Numbered from the stretch's first letter, positions 43,313-60,568 are shown. The stretch is DNA of 64,000 nucleotides from the human T2T-CHM13v2.0 reference genome, Homo sapiens (GCF_009914755.1 NC_060932.1), one strand, 5' to 3'. Made by a program: numbers and translations. The notes: generated by a model from the letters alone, not told the origin.

Positions 43313-43657
43313 AGTCATCACTCAGTATCAGTGGGGGATTGGTTCCAGGACCCTGCATGGACACCAAAATCCATGGATGCTCAAGTTCCTTATAAAAAAT
43401 GGCACAGTATTTGCATATAACCTACACACGTCCTCCCATATACTCTACTCCCATATCTAGATTACTTATAATAGGTAATACAATGTAAATAGGTTTTCTG
43501 TATTGCTTAGGAAATAACTACAAGAAAAAAAGTTCGTACATGTTCAGTACAGATGCAATTACCCATTATTTCCCCTGAATATTTTCAATTTGTGGTTGGT
43601 TGAATCCACAGATGTAGAATCCATGGATACAGAACTCATGGCTACGGAGGACCAATT
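43312..43657 (+). mobile_element. MER2 (Tigger MITE)
   Basis: cagt..cagtatc..gggggattggttccaggaccc...ttggttgaatccacagatg. Confidence 0.85.
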
Positions 43658-43665
43658 AGAGATGA

Positions 43666-43984
<319 letters not shown>

Positions 43985-44089
43985 AACCAAGGTTATTCTT
44001 TACGTTTTACTTACCTCTATATTTAGGAAAGCATTTTAAAGGAGTCACAATATGTATTATTAACTTAAAAAAGAATTTTACAGAAACGG

Positions 44090-44224
44090 GGCCAGGCGTG
44101 GTGGCTCACGCCTGTAATCCCAGCACTTTGGGAGGCTGAGGCAGGAGGATTGCCTGAGCCCAGGAGTTCAAAACTAGCCTGGGCAATATAGCGAGACCCT
44201 GTCTCTAATAAAAAGAAAAAAAAA
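44090..44224 (+). mobile_element. Alu left monomer (FLAM_C-like)
   Basis: 16-bp TSD aagaattttacagaaa at 44071-44086 and 44229-44244. Confidence 0.9.
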
Positions 44225-44250
44225 TCCCAAGAATTTTACAGAAAAGGTTA

Positions 44251-44406
<156 letters not shown>

Positions 44407-44745
44407 TTAAAAATAGAAAACCATTCGTAGTCCCTGAAAAGATCTTAAACCACAGTAAATTTTCTAATAGCACCCAGAAAATAGTAGCTTATTTAATACA
44501 CATCAGTACATGAATGTACAAAATAATTACATTGTGCCAAGTTTTCTTTATTCTTTTCTTTTTAGAAATAAGTCTCATATGGAAGGCCATCTTTATTACT
44601 ATCATTTCACTGACTTGTTTACTTACTTTTTTACAGTATGAAGTATTTTTTTATCCATATCCACAGTGGGAAATTAGACTATGAGAGACTATTAGAGAGA
44701 ATGCCATGTAGTAGACGAACTTTGAGTAATACTAAATATTTCATA

Positions 44746-47443
44746 CAGGCATACTTCATTTTATTGCACTTCACAGATACGTGTTTTTTACAGGTTCATG
44801 GTTTGTGGCAACCCTGCATTGAGGGTCTATCAGTACCATTTTTCCAAAACCATATGCTCTCTTTGTATCTGTGTCACATTTTGGTAATTCTCACAATAGT
44901 TCACACTTTTTCACTATTATATCTGATACTGTGACCTGTGATCAGTGACCTTTGATGTTGCTATTGTAATTGTTTTGGGGTGACACAAACCACGTCCATA
45001 TAAGATGGTAAACTTAATCAATACTTGTGTGTGTTCTGACTGCTCCACTGACTGGCTCATCTCTCTTCCTTTCCTTGGGCTTCCCTATTCTGAGACAAAA
45101 AAATACTGAAATTAGGCCAGTTAAGAACCCTACAATAAGTGTTCAAGTGGAAGGAAGACTCGCACATCTCTCACTTTAAATAAAAAACTAGAAATAATTG
45201 AGCTTAGTGAGGAAGGCATGTCAAAAGCCAAGACAGGCTGAAAGCTAGGTCTCTTGAGCCAAACCAAGTTGTGAATGCAAAGGAAAAGTTCTTGAAGGAA
45301 GTTAAAAGTGCTACTCCAGTGAATACACCAGTAGGAAAGCAAAACAGCCTAACTGCTGATATGGAGAAGGTTTTCACGTGTGAAAAGAAGATCAAACCAG
45401 TCACAACATTACCTTAAGGCAAAGCCTAATCCCAAAAAAGGCCCCAACTCTCTTCAAGTCTATGAGGCTAAGAAAGGTAATGAAGCTGCAGAAGAAAATC
45501 TGGAAGCTAGCAGAGGTTGGATCATGAGATTTAAGGAAAGAAGCAGTCTCCCAACATAAAAGTGCAAGGTCTGATGGCAAGTGCTGATGGAGAAGCTGCA
45601 GCAAGTTATCCAGAAGATGTAGCTACGATCATTTATGAAGGTGGTTATACTAAACAACAGATTTTCCATGTAGATAAAACAGTCTTTCTTCTACTGGAAG
45701 AAGATGCCATCTAGGACTTTCATAGCAAGGGAGGAGAAGTTAATGCCTGGCTTCAAAGCTTCAAAGGACAGACTGGCTCTCTTAGGGGCTAATGTAGCTG
45801 ATGATATTAACTTGAAGCCAATGCTCATTTACCATTCCAAAGATCCCAGGGTCCTTAAGAATTACATGCTAAATCTACTCTGCCTGCACTCTAGAAATGG
45901 AACAACAAAGCCTGGATGACAGCACCAGCTGTTTACAACATAGATGACTGAATATTTGAAGCCCACTGTTGAGATCTACTGCTTCAAAGAGAAGATTCCT
46001 TTCAAAAGATTACTGCTCATTGACAATGCACCTGATCACCTTAGAGCTCTGATGGAGATGTGCGATGAGATTAGTGTTGTTTTCATGCCTGCTAACACAA
46101 TATCCATTCTGCAGCCCTTGGATGAAAGAGTGATTTTGTTTTTGCAGAAATGCAGTCTCACTATGCTGTCCAGGTTGATCTCAAACTCCTGGGCTCAAAT
46201 GATCCTCCCACCTTGGCTTCCCAAAGCTGGGATTACAGGCATGAGCCACCGTGCCCTTTCCTCAGAAGTAACTCTGAATTTCAAGTCTTTTTTTTTTTTT
46301 TTTTTTTTTAAAGAAATGGGGAATTGCTACATTGCCGACGCTGATCTTGAACTCCTGGTCTCAGGCCTCATGAGTAGCTGGGATTACAGGCATAAGCTAC
46401 CATGCCAGGCTAACTTTCAAGTCGTAAAAGCTGCCATGTAGAGAGATACTACTTAAAAGCTGCCATGTAGAGATACTACTTAAAAGAGATACTACTTAAA
46501 AGCTGCCATGTAGAGAGCTGCCTTATAGTTGCCATGTAGAGAGATACTTCTGTTGAATCTGGGCAAAGTAAGTTGAAAACCTTCTGGAAAGGATTCACTG
46601 TTCTAGATGCCATTAAGAACATTTGTGACTCATGGGAGGGGTAAAAATACCAACATCAATAGGAGTTGGGAAGAAGCTGATTCTAACCCTTATGGACGAT
46701 TTTCAGGAGTCCAAGACATCAGGGGAGGAAGTAACTGCAGATGTGGTAAAAGTAACAAGAGACTTAGAAGTAAAGTGTGAAGATGACACTGAATTGCTGT
46801 AACCTCATGATCAAACTTTAACATATGAGTAGCTGCTTCTTATAGACAAGTGAAAACAGTGGTTTCTTGAAATGCAATCTACTACTGGTTAAGATGCTGT
46901 GAACACTGGTGGAAAGAAAATAAGAGATTTAGAATATTCCATAAATTTAGTTTATAAAATTGCAGCAAAGTTTGAGACGACAGACTCCAATTTTGAAAGA
47001 CATATTACTGTAGGTAAATACTATCAAACAGCATTACATGCTACAGAGAAATCTTTCGTGAATGGAAGAGACAATCAAGGCAAAAAAGTTTACTGCTGTC
47101 TTATTTTAAGAAATTACCACAGCTACTCCAGCTTTCAGCAATCACCACCCTGATCAGTCAGCAGCCATCAACACTCAGGTAAGACACTCTACAGCAAAAA
47201 GATTACAACTCATTGAAAGCTCAGATGGTTACTAGTATTTTTCAGCAATAAAGTATTTTTAAATTAATGTGTGTACATTGTTTTTTAGACATAAGGGGGT
47301 TATAGGTTAATAGACTATGGTACAGTATAAACATAACTTTAATGCACTGAGAAATCAAAAAAATGGTGTGACTCACTATATTGCAATATTTACTTCACTG
47401 CTGTGGTATGGAACTGAACCCACAATATCCCTAAGGTACTCCG
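44746..47443 (+). mobile_element. Near full-length Tigger1 with a decayed pogo/DDE transposase on the + strand; Alu fragments at about 46140-46256 and 46326-46412
   Basis: caggcatac TIR; ORF remnants [41 protein letters not shown]. Confidence 0.93.
46426..46549. repeat. Imperfect 27-29-bp minisatellite (aaaagctgccatgtagagagatactactt)
   Basis: About 4-5 full or partial units, read directly. Confidence 0.9.
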
Positions 47444-47639
47444 AATATACATTCTACTTAATCTTCAAGTAATCTTGGCTCATTTGTCCAAATTAATTAG
47501 ACCACACAAAACCTTTCTCAATACAGCTCCAGATTCTCTCTCACTCCCTTCTCCTTCCTCTGCTCCCATATATCATATCCCATTCCCTAAATCTATTTTT
47601 AGAGTCTATTTCCTCTGCATGTCTTTTACCTGCTCCATT

Positions 47640-49200
47640 CACAGGGGAGTCTCCCTCAGGCTTAAAGATCCAATTCAAATGTTACCTCTCTGTTTACAGA
47701 TCATTTACTTCCTACTTTTGTTACTTTGGTGCTCCAACACCTGTCATTTGGGCTATTGCAAGAGTTCTTAAATGGTCTCCCTCTAGCTCATGTTGCCCAT
47801 ATTCTAATGCACCCTTCAGGCTGCCAGCAAAGTCCTATTACAAAACAGAAATCTGATGATGCTACTCCTCTGCTTAAAGTCCTTCACTAGCACGCTAGCG
47901 CCAAGAGGAACAAGACAACAAAAAGTCCTTTACATGGAGAATAAGGCCTTCTGTAATTTAGATCCAACCCAATGCTCTAATCTTACCTCCTGTTATTCCC
48001 CCTCCACTCTAGCCTGCCATGCTGAACAAGTGCTCAGATGTCCTCCCTTTCCTCTGCTGCTGCACATGCCATTCTCTTAGTCTGGGATGCTCTTCCTAAA
48101 GGTTCCCTTGTCAAGTTCTCATCCAACCATAACCACTTAACATTCATAAAATGAAACACTTTTCACTAAGCTAAACATAATCCCCCTACCCCTAGAAGCT
48201 CTCACTGTAATGGAAGAAACACAATTTTAAAGAATTATAATACTAAAACTGTGACAAATAGATGTATTCACAAGGTAAGAAAATAACACAGTAGAAGTAA
48301 CTAACTTAGATGGTCATAATATATTTCCTGGGAAAGGTGACTCTGGAACTATTTTGAAGAACAATTATATCTTTTATAAACAATAAGAAAAAACATGCAA
48401 GAGAGGAAGAAGCCATACTAAAACACAAAAGCACAAGACAGTATTATATAATAAATAGTTCTGCATTGTTGGAAAGTGAGGTGAGACAGAAAAGTGGCAG
48501 GAAATGAAGCTTAGAGTCCAGCAGATCCAAATCATGAAGGTATTATCATACCTTCAAAGCAGCTTTGGTTTTATTCTCTAAGAGAGGGAAAAAATAGACT
48601 TTCATTCAAGAAAGGTTACTCTAGTTAAGCATGGGAAAAGACTGAAGAATGAACAAAACCAAAGAAAAAGGTAAGCCAATTGAAAGATTATACTAGTTGA
48701 GGAAATAAATAATCATGATTTGATTTGCAAGAATAGTGGTGGGAGATCGAGAAAAGAGTACAGATTGCAGGGATATTAGGAAGTATAATCAACAAGTCTT
48801 AGTGACAGATTAGATTCGAGAATCTAATCCTTTGAGGGGAAAATCTAAGCTAACTCCCAGGATTTTAGCTTATAAATTTAGTAGCATGCTGGGGTTACTA
48901 CCATAAATAAGAAATACAAAAATAACAGGCTTCTCTATTTGTCTTTTGTTTTGGGTAGGAGAACTAAGGGGCTGATGTTGGAAAAGGGCTGAGGAACAGA
49001 ACGCTGGCAATGCTAAGATGCACGCAGGAAGAAAGAAAAAACAGCCCACAAGACTGAGACGGCATAGTCAAAAAGGTAGGAGAGAAACAGGATAGACTGG
49101 TGTCATGAAACAGTTGTAGACAAGTATACTAGGAATACAGTTCCATGAAAGCATTCTCATCAATGGCTGTATTAAGTAGAAAGCAAGTCTAGCTGCTGAG
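47640..49200. mobile_element. Degenerate L2 fragments
   Basis: ctcctctgcttaaagtccttc, gtctgggatgctcttcc, ctagaagctctcac..atggaagaaacac. Confidence 0.55.
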
Positions 49201-50461
49201 AGAAGGACTGGGAGACTTCCACTTCGAAGCCCTCTGACTACTCCTTCTCATTTCTCAAGTACTTCAAAATAAGTACCTTGGCAGTACTTACTCTGTACGA
49301 CACTCTTTTATAAACATTTACACAGTACTATTTTTAAAAATTGCTCATGTTTAGAATGCAATCTTGAATACAAGGACCAATGCCTTCATGGTGCTTGGCA
49401 ATAGTCCCAAGTACCAAATATGTGTTTACTGGGTGACCAGCAGAATTTCAATATGCATATTTGTTTACACACACTAGACCAAGAGCCTCTCAGAAGGAAG
49501 GGCTTTTCCATGTATCTAGTTTCCCCAGGATCTTGCATAATATCTGGAAAGATGAGACTTTAATAAATATTGACTGAACAATTAGAATTAATGCAGTAGT
49601 GACAGCTATTTCCTGAGGCAATTTGGTAAGATTTTGTAATTTTAAAATAGAATATGTGTACATTTTTGTTGAACTGTTTTTCATATTAACACTGGAGAAA
49701 AAAGACACCTGAACATTCACTAAAAGGCACTGCTTAAGTATCAGGAAGAAATGCTTTACAGAAGTAGCAAACCAAGTAAGCACACAGGGGAATTTTTAAG
49801 TTTATAATAGTTAGATTCATGGAGACGGCAAACAATTTCATTTTTCCTTATGGCATCTCTTTGAAAAAAAGAGATGGGCAACAAGAGAAAGGAAGGCAGC
49901 ATGGTGACATTCACAAAGGAAATAGTCCAGGAGCAGGCAGGTATCACAAAGCTTAGTGGGAAAACTGACTTCACAAGATTAGGATCCGGTACACTAGCCA
50001 GGCTGGAAGAGAGGTGATCACCTCATCAACATATAAAAATGAAATCAATAACAAGAATAGTACATTTGTAAGCCAGCTGGAAAAAATGTAAGACCTATAA
50101 AGGAGTACTGATAGCTATTAGAAGTTTCATATTTTAAATGTTTTGAGTTGTCACATGATTAGAAAATATAATGGGGGGATGTCATGAGCTAAACAGTGCA
50201 AAATTGCACAGATGATACCCATCAACAGCACTTATAATATGGTGACAAATTAATTTATATGACAAGAGTGGTTGGGCATTACAGGAATCTAGTTGGGCTA
50301 GACTGCAATGAACAAGGGGGGCTGAATAGGAGCCTCGTGAATTAGATCCATGAGAACTATCCTCCATTTTACTCATTATAAGGTGATAAACCCACGGCAG
50401 GGGTGGCACTATACTGGCAGAGAGATATTCAATAACATTTCTCCTTAAGCTATGACACTTA

Positions 50462-50692
<231 letters not shown>

Positions 50693-51318
50693 TTATTCTA
50701 TCAAAGAAAAAAAAAAGTGTAAGGGCAAACAAATTCTTGAATAAGGCAAGGCGTTTCAATGTTGCTTAGATATCTATTTAATACAAAATAACTATTAGGT
50801 AACATAGTAAACAACATACTTTGATATTAAAACACACTGTAATTTGTACGTGTATAGTCTGCACCATTAGGAGGAGTTCTTTTTGCAGTTGCAGTGCTGA
50901 GTATCCACTGGATTTCTGCTCTCAGCTCACTCCTCATGAGGAATTGTTTTCGATAATACCAGTGTAGCCCTGCAGCTATGAGTTTTTCTCTGAGTGAGGG
51001 TAAACATCAAACACAGATGAACAATTCAACCTTCTTAAAACATACTGCCTTTTATATGTTTCCTCTATAATTATAATACAAGAAAGTTGCATAAATATGC
51101 TTCATTTTACATAATCAAAATATTTCTAAGAAGATTTAGAAAAAAATAGTTTGGATAACTAAGTTAAAAATCTCACAATTTTAAAGCTAGACATTTAACT
51201 CACAGAGAATGTTTCCTCATCAGTTAAATGAATAAATATGTCATGAAATTGGTTTAACAGCAGCTGCAACTATCCTCCAAAGTATTATTCACTTAAAATG
51301 ACAAAGAATTACAGCTCA

Positions 51319-51441
<123 letters not shown>

Positions 51442-51547
51442 CTACAAAGTAATTCAAAAACAAAATTTTTTTTAAAGGTCTTTTAAGGAAAACACATGAC
51501 TCTTTCCTGGTAAAGTTTAAATTTGAAAATGTTTTTATAGTTCTTAC

Positions 51548-51905
<358 letters not shown>

Positions 51906-52849
51906 TTAGGAGAAAACTTCTGTTTAAAATATTGTTTAGAATTCATATGTGTGATCACTTTTTAAACATCCCAGAGCTATAGAGCAGGTATTAGGACCCA
52001 GGCTCTTATGGAGTTCAACTCCTTTTGAGTTCCATCTCTGAATCCTCAGGACTAAAATATCTTGGGTAAGTGACTTAAACTTGCCCTTCTAGTTATCAGT
52101 ACTGCAATTCACATTGATGTGTTTTGTTCTCAACACAGCTGCTACAAAAGAAATATGCAAAGATTTAGAGTTCCTCTAGGTGATAATTTCTTTAACATTT
52201 TTACAGAATATAACTTACGCTTTTTTAATCCCCCTCCAAAAGCGTAATTTATACTTCTGTTCATCAGTTATATTTTTCAGAGACGTTCTAGTACTGAGAG
52301 GCCTAACTGTTCGTAGATTTAAATGTAACTGATACTCTAATCAACACAATAAAAACAATCTAAGTCTCATACGGTTTTATTTTTCTAATTACTCACAAAA
52401 GTGAAAATCTCTACTGTTTGAAAACTACATATGAACTATTTCTCACTACTCTTTACACCAAATAATCAAGCAGTGAGTTAATCAACCTAATGAGATAAAT
52501 TTCAATTTAACAGATAAGAATTTTCAGATTTAAATGTATTCTATAAAAGTGACTTTAAGAAGGAATGACTGAAACAACCAACATATTAACATTTATGAAA
52601 CATATGCATTATGAACCCAGAAAATCACATTTATAGTATCTCCCCCTAACTGGATTAGGTACCCCTGTAATGTGATTTTCTTTCACAAAACTCAGCATAT
52701 TTCTATTTACTTGTTTAATATCAGTATCTCCTATAGACTGTAAGCTTGAAGACAGTAATGACCAGGTCTTTCTTGATAAAGATCACGTCCATATTGCAGG
52801 GCACATAGTAGGTGTTCAATAAATACTTATGGCAACATGGCCACAATTC

Positions 52850-53340
52850 CCAAAAACTGCATCAAAGTACCCCAGAATGCTGTAGCAAACTCATGAGGGT
52901 GCCCTGAAAAAATTCTGAGGCAAAATTCAGAGGGAGATACATCTGTTGGATACCTCAAAAGATTGCTCATGGTTTCAAATAAATCACACTACATTCCCTT
53001 CAATGACATAATTATCTCCGCAAAGCTGGGTTTTGGTAGTTGCTATGATAAAAAACCAAGTACTGAATGAAAATCAATGAAGTACAGGAATGAGGGGGAC
53101 AGTATTCAATTCCAAGATCTAAGAAGCTGTGTGCAGTTTCTAATAGGCACACGCATCCCAGTGGTAAGTAATTGCGGTAAAGAATAAAATAAAAACATTA
53201 TTTTTCTTTTACTTTATGCATACTATTGTCTTTGAAATACATAGTAGGCTGTGAAGACAAATATCCATTAAGTTGTTTGGCCCTGCCTGCTTAATAAATA
53301 GAACATAGAACTGGAGGTATTCCTCTGGCCAAAGTGCAAC
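52850..53340 (+). mobile_element. hAT-Charlie fragment
   Basis: cattcccttcaatgac..aaagctgggtttt..aaaatcaatg..gcacacgcatccca resembles a Charlie transposase C-terminus. Confidence 0.55.
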
Positions 53341-53807
53341 TTTCATGAAAAGTCAGACTTGTGAATCAAAAACTTTTGGGATCCTCTGATTGACAAAATA
53401 AATAATATAGACTGGAAGAGAGAGGGAAGAAAAAATTTTAGCTACTATCAATGGTTTATCAAATTGCACTAATAAGCAAAAGTCTATTGCTGTAATATAA
53501 GATATTATGCCTATCATAATAGGGGCTCTAAAAAAATCAACCTTTTAATAATTTATCGAGGACCTATAATGTATGTATGTGGAACAACAGCTATATCTTA
53601 AGTATGCTGTCTTCACATATGTTCTCCTGAAAAGTTGTACATAAACTGTATCTTCTGGAATAGATATATAATTTAAGACCCATGAAAAAATCACATCACA
53701 GAAACTCTGAAGTGAATATTCTCATAAAATGAATCTTCATGTAAAAACAATCTTAATTTTGTTTTGCAAATTTAGGTTTTCATAGCTGGGCTTTCTCCAC
53801 GTTCAGC

Positions 53808-54105
<298 letters not shown>

Positions 54106-55200
54106 TGCTCAACTCATTTATAATTTGAGTGTGTATAACATTTTTGAAAGTATATCTATATTTATCTCATTTTACCCTCATTATCGCCCCCTGAGGGACA
54201 ATAAGGAGTGAAATAAACCTAATTTTTAAAAATTAGAATATTATAATAATTTTGTAATGAGAATCTGACATCTACAAATTGACAAGAAATTTCTTAAAGT
54301 TTTTCCTTTCAAATTCATTTTTGCAAAGTTGAATTTGCTGTGCAAAAATAGTAATCTCAACTTAAATAATTTTTGATATCTAGATCTAAGAATTTATATT
54401 TTACTGTCGGTAAACAGTACCTACAGAAGCAGAATCTCAGTGTCCAAAAAAATCTGTAATTGGTTACATAAAGTATTACAAAATTTTCTAATGCCAACTT
54501 AAATGTCTCATCATCAGATGAAAGACTTCTGGTTTTTTACAAAAGCAAAAGTTCTAAAAGTTTTTTTAACTGTCTTTTATTTATAGTTCCTACAGATAAT
54601 GGGGAAAAACTATCTAAAAACGGCAACTCTTCCTAGTTAAACGCCTTGTATTATCTTAACAGACATATGGCAAACTCTTAAAACTTGACATCATACATCA
54701 TATAGGCACCAAAAATGGTTTCCTGTCCAAAAATATGGCCCAAATTAAAAAGCTTTTCACTTAAAATACCAAGGCCTAATTCTGTTTCATTCTCATAACA
54801 ATGCTCTAAATCAATCTTGATAGCTATTACAGAACATTAACATTAAAGGATAATATGACTATTTTAGCCATTTCGAAATTCTGGAAAAATAATTTATCCT
54901 TTCTAACAAGCTAGTGAATTATGAGTCTTGAGTTAGGATTAAATATAAAATTAACAAAAATTAAAATATAACCTGTATATCAAACATAATATGAAGGTAA
55001 AAACTGACAACATAAAAATGAGTATTTCAAAACCATACAACATCACAACCAAAACAACATTTCAACAAATAACAAATTGAAAAAAGCATTCATTAAATTG
55101 GTAAAACATAAAGTACTATTTTTAAGTTTTATTTGAAGATGAAAACAAAAAATCAGAAACTGGTACACCTTAAAAAAAAAAAAAAAAAAAACCACATAAA

Positions 55201-55569
<369 letters not shown>

Positions 55570-56092
55570 CTAATTTAGTTCTACTAAATCTCTGACAATA
55601 TTTTAGGACCACATGATTGCTATTCTATTTCCAAAGATCCTGGAAGAAAACTTTAGGAATATATACATTAAAAAAAAAGTACAAAGCAAATATTAATTTT
55701 TTCAAATATCCAAAATAGAACCCCAAAATATAATGCCCCTCAATCACATCTTTTAAAATGCCTAATACTTACAAATGGTTTAAAATAATGGAGATGCAAT
55801 ATATATTTGGAACTTTCTTTTAAGATAAACAAATGTATTCGAATATACCACACAGACAATGGCAAAGCTATTATGAGGACCAAATTAATTCAAGAGAGCA
55901 AGAACCATTTATTCAACTAGTATAAGTTCCTTGAGGACAGTGGCTCCATCTTATTTCATTTTGCATTCTTAGTGCTTATCCAGTGCCTAGTACTTCGTTG
56001 GCACATATTAGTTGAACAGGTGAATGAAAAAAAATAAGTGCATGGCAATATACAAATATTATTTCATTCTGGAGAACTTTGCAGTGTATTCA

Positions 56093-56437
<345 letters not shown>

Positions 56438-56636
56438 TTATAGTAATAACAGGTTGTTCCAAAAATATTTCCAGATACACATAATCATAATTTCATAAAC
56501 TTTGTAAATGGAGAGGAAGAGAAAATTCTATAACATAAAAAAAGTACAGTACATGAACAACTTAGGCACTAACAACAGGTGCTTTCACTGATGTTCCCCT
56601 GAACCATATATTTATAATTTCACAAACTTTTTAAAT

Positions 56637-56922
56637 TTATTATTTTGAGACAGAGTCTTGCTCTGTCACCAAGGCTGGAGTGCAGCGATCTCAGCTCACT
56701 GAAACCTCTGCCTCCCGGGTTCAAGCGATTCTCCTGTCTCAGCCTCCCAAGTAGCTGGGACTACAGGCACCCACCACCACGCCCAGCTAATTTTTTGTAT
56801 TTTTAGTAGAGATGGGGTTTCACGGTGTTAGTCAAGATGGTCTTGATCTCCTGACCTCGTGATCCACCCACCTCGGCCTCCCAAAGTGCTGGGATTACAG
56901 GCATGAGCCACCGCGCCTGGCC
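56637..56922 (-). mobile_element. AluSc/Y-like
   Basis: 15-bp TSD cacaaactttttaaa at 56621-56635 and 56923-56937. Confidence 0.95.
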
Positions 56923-57204
56923 CACAAACTTTTTAAAAAGAAAAAAAAAATTCACAAATATTTAACATCAACGTATTGTTTCACTGGAAAAGAAAAAAAT
57001 AGTGTGAAGATATATGTTGTGTTCCTTTCTTTCACAACCATACTTCTTACAAATCATCATCAACTTGTCAGATTAAATGCCATATTTAGTATTAATACAC
57101 AACAGTTCCAATGGACTTTTTTCTGGTTATGCTACTCAAAAATCCTAAACAATAATAAAAAAGTTTTGGTTGCATTAACAAGTGACAGCACTAATTCAAG
57201 CTTA

Positions 57205-57618
<414 letters not shown>

Positions 57619-60433
57619 TTATTCTAAATAATTCTGTAATGAAAAGCTGAAAAAGTAGTTTTTGGCTTAAAATTTTTAAATTTTTTCCCAATCAATATAC
57701 TATGGCATGCTTCTGATCACTATCTAGTGTTTTAATTATTTGATTTTGCAAACACAATTTTCCTCCCATTGAAACTGATCTCTTAAGCCCAACAGACCAA
57801 GGACATTGAACCCAGGCAACATTTCAAATGCGGAACACACCAAAATGCTCTAGCAGTTGGTTTTTTTTTTTTTCCCAAAAAAAAAAAAAAAAAAAAAAAA
57901 AAGTAGCCCAAATGCTGCTTTCAGTCACATTTACACTATATAGTAAACTTAATTGCCCTTGATTTCCACCTGAAAAATTTTATGGTTATAAGTGTCAAGT
58001 AATTCAAGAAGCTACGTAAATCTAATAAGGAATTGTTAATTTCACGTAAATGGGTATCACAAAAAAATACTACTTTCTCTGAAATAAAACTGGAGCCAAT
58101 AATATTATGGCTCATTATTACACAGTCATGTTTCTAAGATGGCCATTGTGCTGAGTCTTCCTTTGAATCTAAGAATATATGCAGCAAATAGATAATTACC
58201 AAAAAAAATGCTTAGATAAATCAAGTAGAGACAGCAAGAACTAAGACTTCAAATAGCTACAGGGAACTACAAATTAACCCACCACCTCCCCTCCTGTTCT
58301 AGTCTTCCAAGGCTTACACACTACTTCCTATTCTAGCTCACATTTATCACCTATTATGCTCAATTCCTATTGTAATTAAATCCTGCAGCTTACCATTCTA
58401 TAACAATGAGTGTTTGTTCTAAGTATGTTTTATATTTGTATTCCCAACATTTAACAAAATATCTTGTACACTGTACATGCTAAAAAAAATTAATGGACTT
58501 ATTCTTGTATTCATCCATTTATTAAATACCTACTGTGTACAAGGCAATAATGAATGAAGAAATGATTAGACAACTGTCTTATGACACAATAAGTTATACT
58601 TTTGATAGGCAAAAGAGGCTGGAAATTTCAGGTCTGCAGTTTTTCATGGGGTAGTTTCAAATTATGATTCAGGCTTCAAGAACATTTCCTGGATCATCAT
58701 TTTAGCAAGACCAGAAAATATAAGGGGAAGCAAAGACAAAAAAAAGAAAATGATGTAACTACGAAAGCTTGACTTTTGGCAAAAAAAAAAAAAATCATTA
58801 AAAACAGAAAACTACATATTCTTTTGGAAAAATAATAGCTTCTAAGGGTGTATTCAGTATTCAATTCCATTGTTTAATGACCCTGACAGTCAAGTCAAGA
58901 AGGTCTTCAAACAAAATTTCCTAATATTTGGTTTAAACCCACTAAGTATAAGGCTTGTTAATTTACATCATTCCTCATAAAAATCCTTTGTAACATTAAA
59001 GATAGCATCTTTTCAAAACCAGATCACTCTTTTTTTCAGGAATAAATGAACATACTCCTCAAAATTCATATTATTTTCCTTTGTGTCCTTTTCATTCTCA
59101 GCATTTTAAAGAATTTCTTCTTTTCTGTTTCTAGCATTCTTTCAAATCACAATTTTTACATTTGATTTGGAAAAAAGCATCTGAGGCTTTAATGGTCAAT
59201 AACATTTTTAAAGCATGGCAAAAATGCCCTTCAGCAATAATACCAAATTCTTATCTCTTTCTCAAAGTAGGTCTTCATTGATTCAGAATGAGATGTTAAA
59301 ACTGGTGATTTTTGAATGAGACTTTTTAAAATTCAAAACTGTCGATTTTTTAATGAGATTTTTGAATGTTGATTTCTGACTTAGGGTTTGGGTCTAAAAA
59401 GATTTTATGATTTTAGGCTTCTGGGACTAAAGGATGTTTCTCCCTGAACTGGTACAATCTGACAAAATTAAACAAATATAACAAATGTAGTTTCCACATA
59501 TGTATGAAGTTTTCACAGCAACTGTCTCTGGTCTGCTCAGCTGGCACTCAGAAACTGAAACACTCTATAGAATTTTTTTAAATTGAAGTACCGTTTCCTT
59601 ACATCTCTATTTCAATATCCCTTTCTTAAAGTTATGGTCTGCTCCAAGGTTTCTTTCTCCAGAAAGTTCTAAAATTGTCATATTGCAATACATCATGCTG
59701 CAATATTAGAGAGGTGGGCGACTCATATAACTTCCAAACTCAGTCTCAAAAGTAATTAGTTACATTTGAATCACGAGAGATACTTGACCATTTATGACTT
59801 ACAAAAATGGCACTTTCCTAGGGTTTAATCTAATATATTTCATGAAAATTAGACAAGTGGCTCCTAACTCAAAGTTCTTCCTGATCCCAATAGACAAAGA
59901 CATCATCCTAGGGCATTTTGTCAGACCTTAATGAATATGCATTATCTTTCATTACAACTTTTAAGATTTCTTTTAGGTTTTAGTACCTTTTGACTGGCAG
60001 TTTTTAGAAACCTAGGGCTGGGATACAGGGTTACATTAGCTCCAAAGTTACTTATATGGAAATAAGAATTCATTAATTCATTCATTTGGTAATACTTATT
60101 GAGCCCCTCCTATGCACCAGACACTATTCTAGAATGCTGTCATACCCTTTAGGAAATAGCATAAGTTATCTATTCCAGCAATGCTGAAACTTTTTGTTTT
60201 TAGAAAATAGTATAAGTCACATACCCTTTAGGAAATAGTGTAAGTTATCTACTCCAGCAGTTTTGAATTGTTTTTCAATACTTTTTTCTTAAACGTAAAA
60301 TACCTCCCCTCCACCCAATTTTTTTTTATGGTTCTATAGGACAAAAAGAACAAAAGAAAATCCAAACATTACCTTAACAGTAAGTTTCAAGCCTAAAAAC
60401 CTCTATTTGTCAGGCAAAACAGTTAATAACTTA

Positions 60434-60568
<135 letters not shown>

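Noticed and set aside
45704-46441. TIGD1-like ORFs
   Set aside because: Frameshifted Tigger1 transposase remnants that run into Alu sequence.
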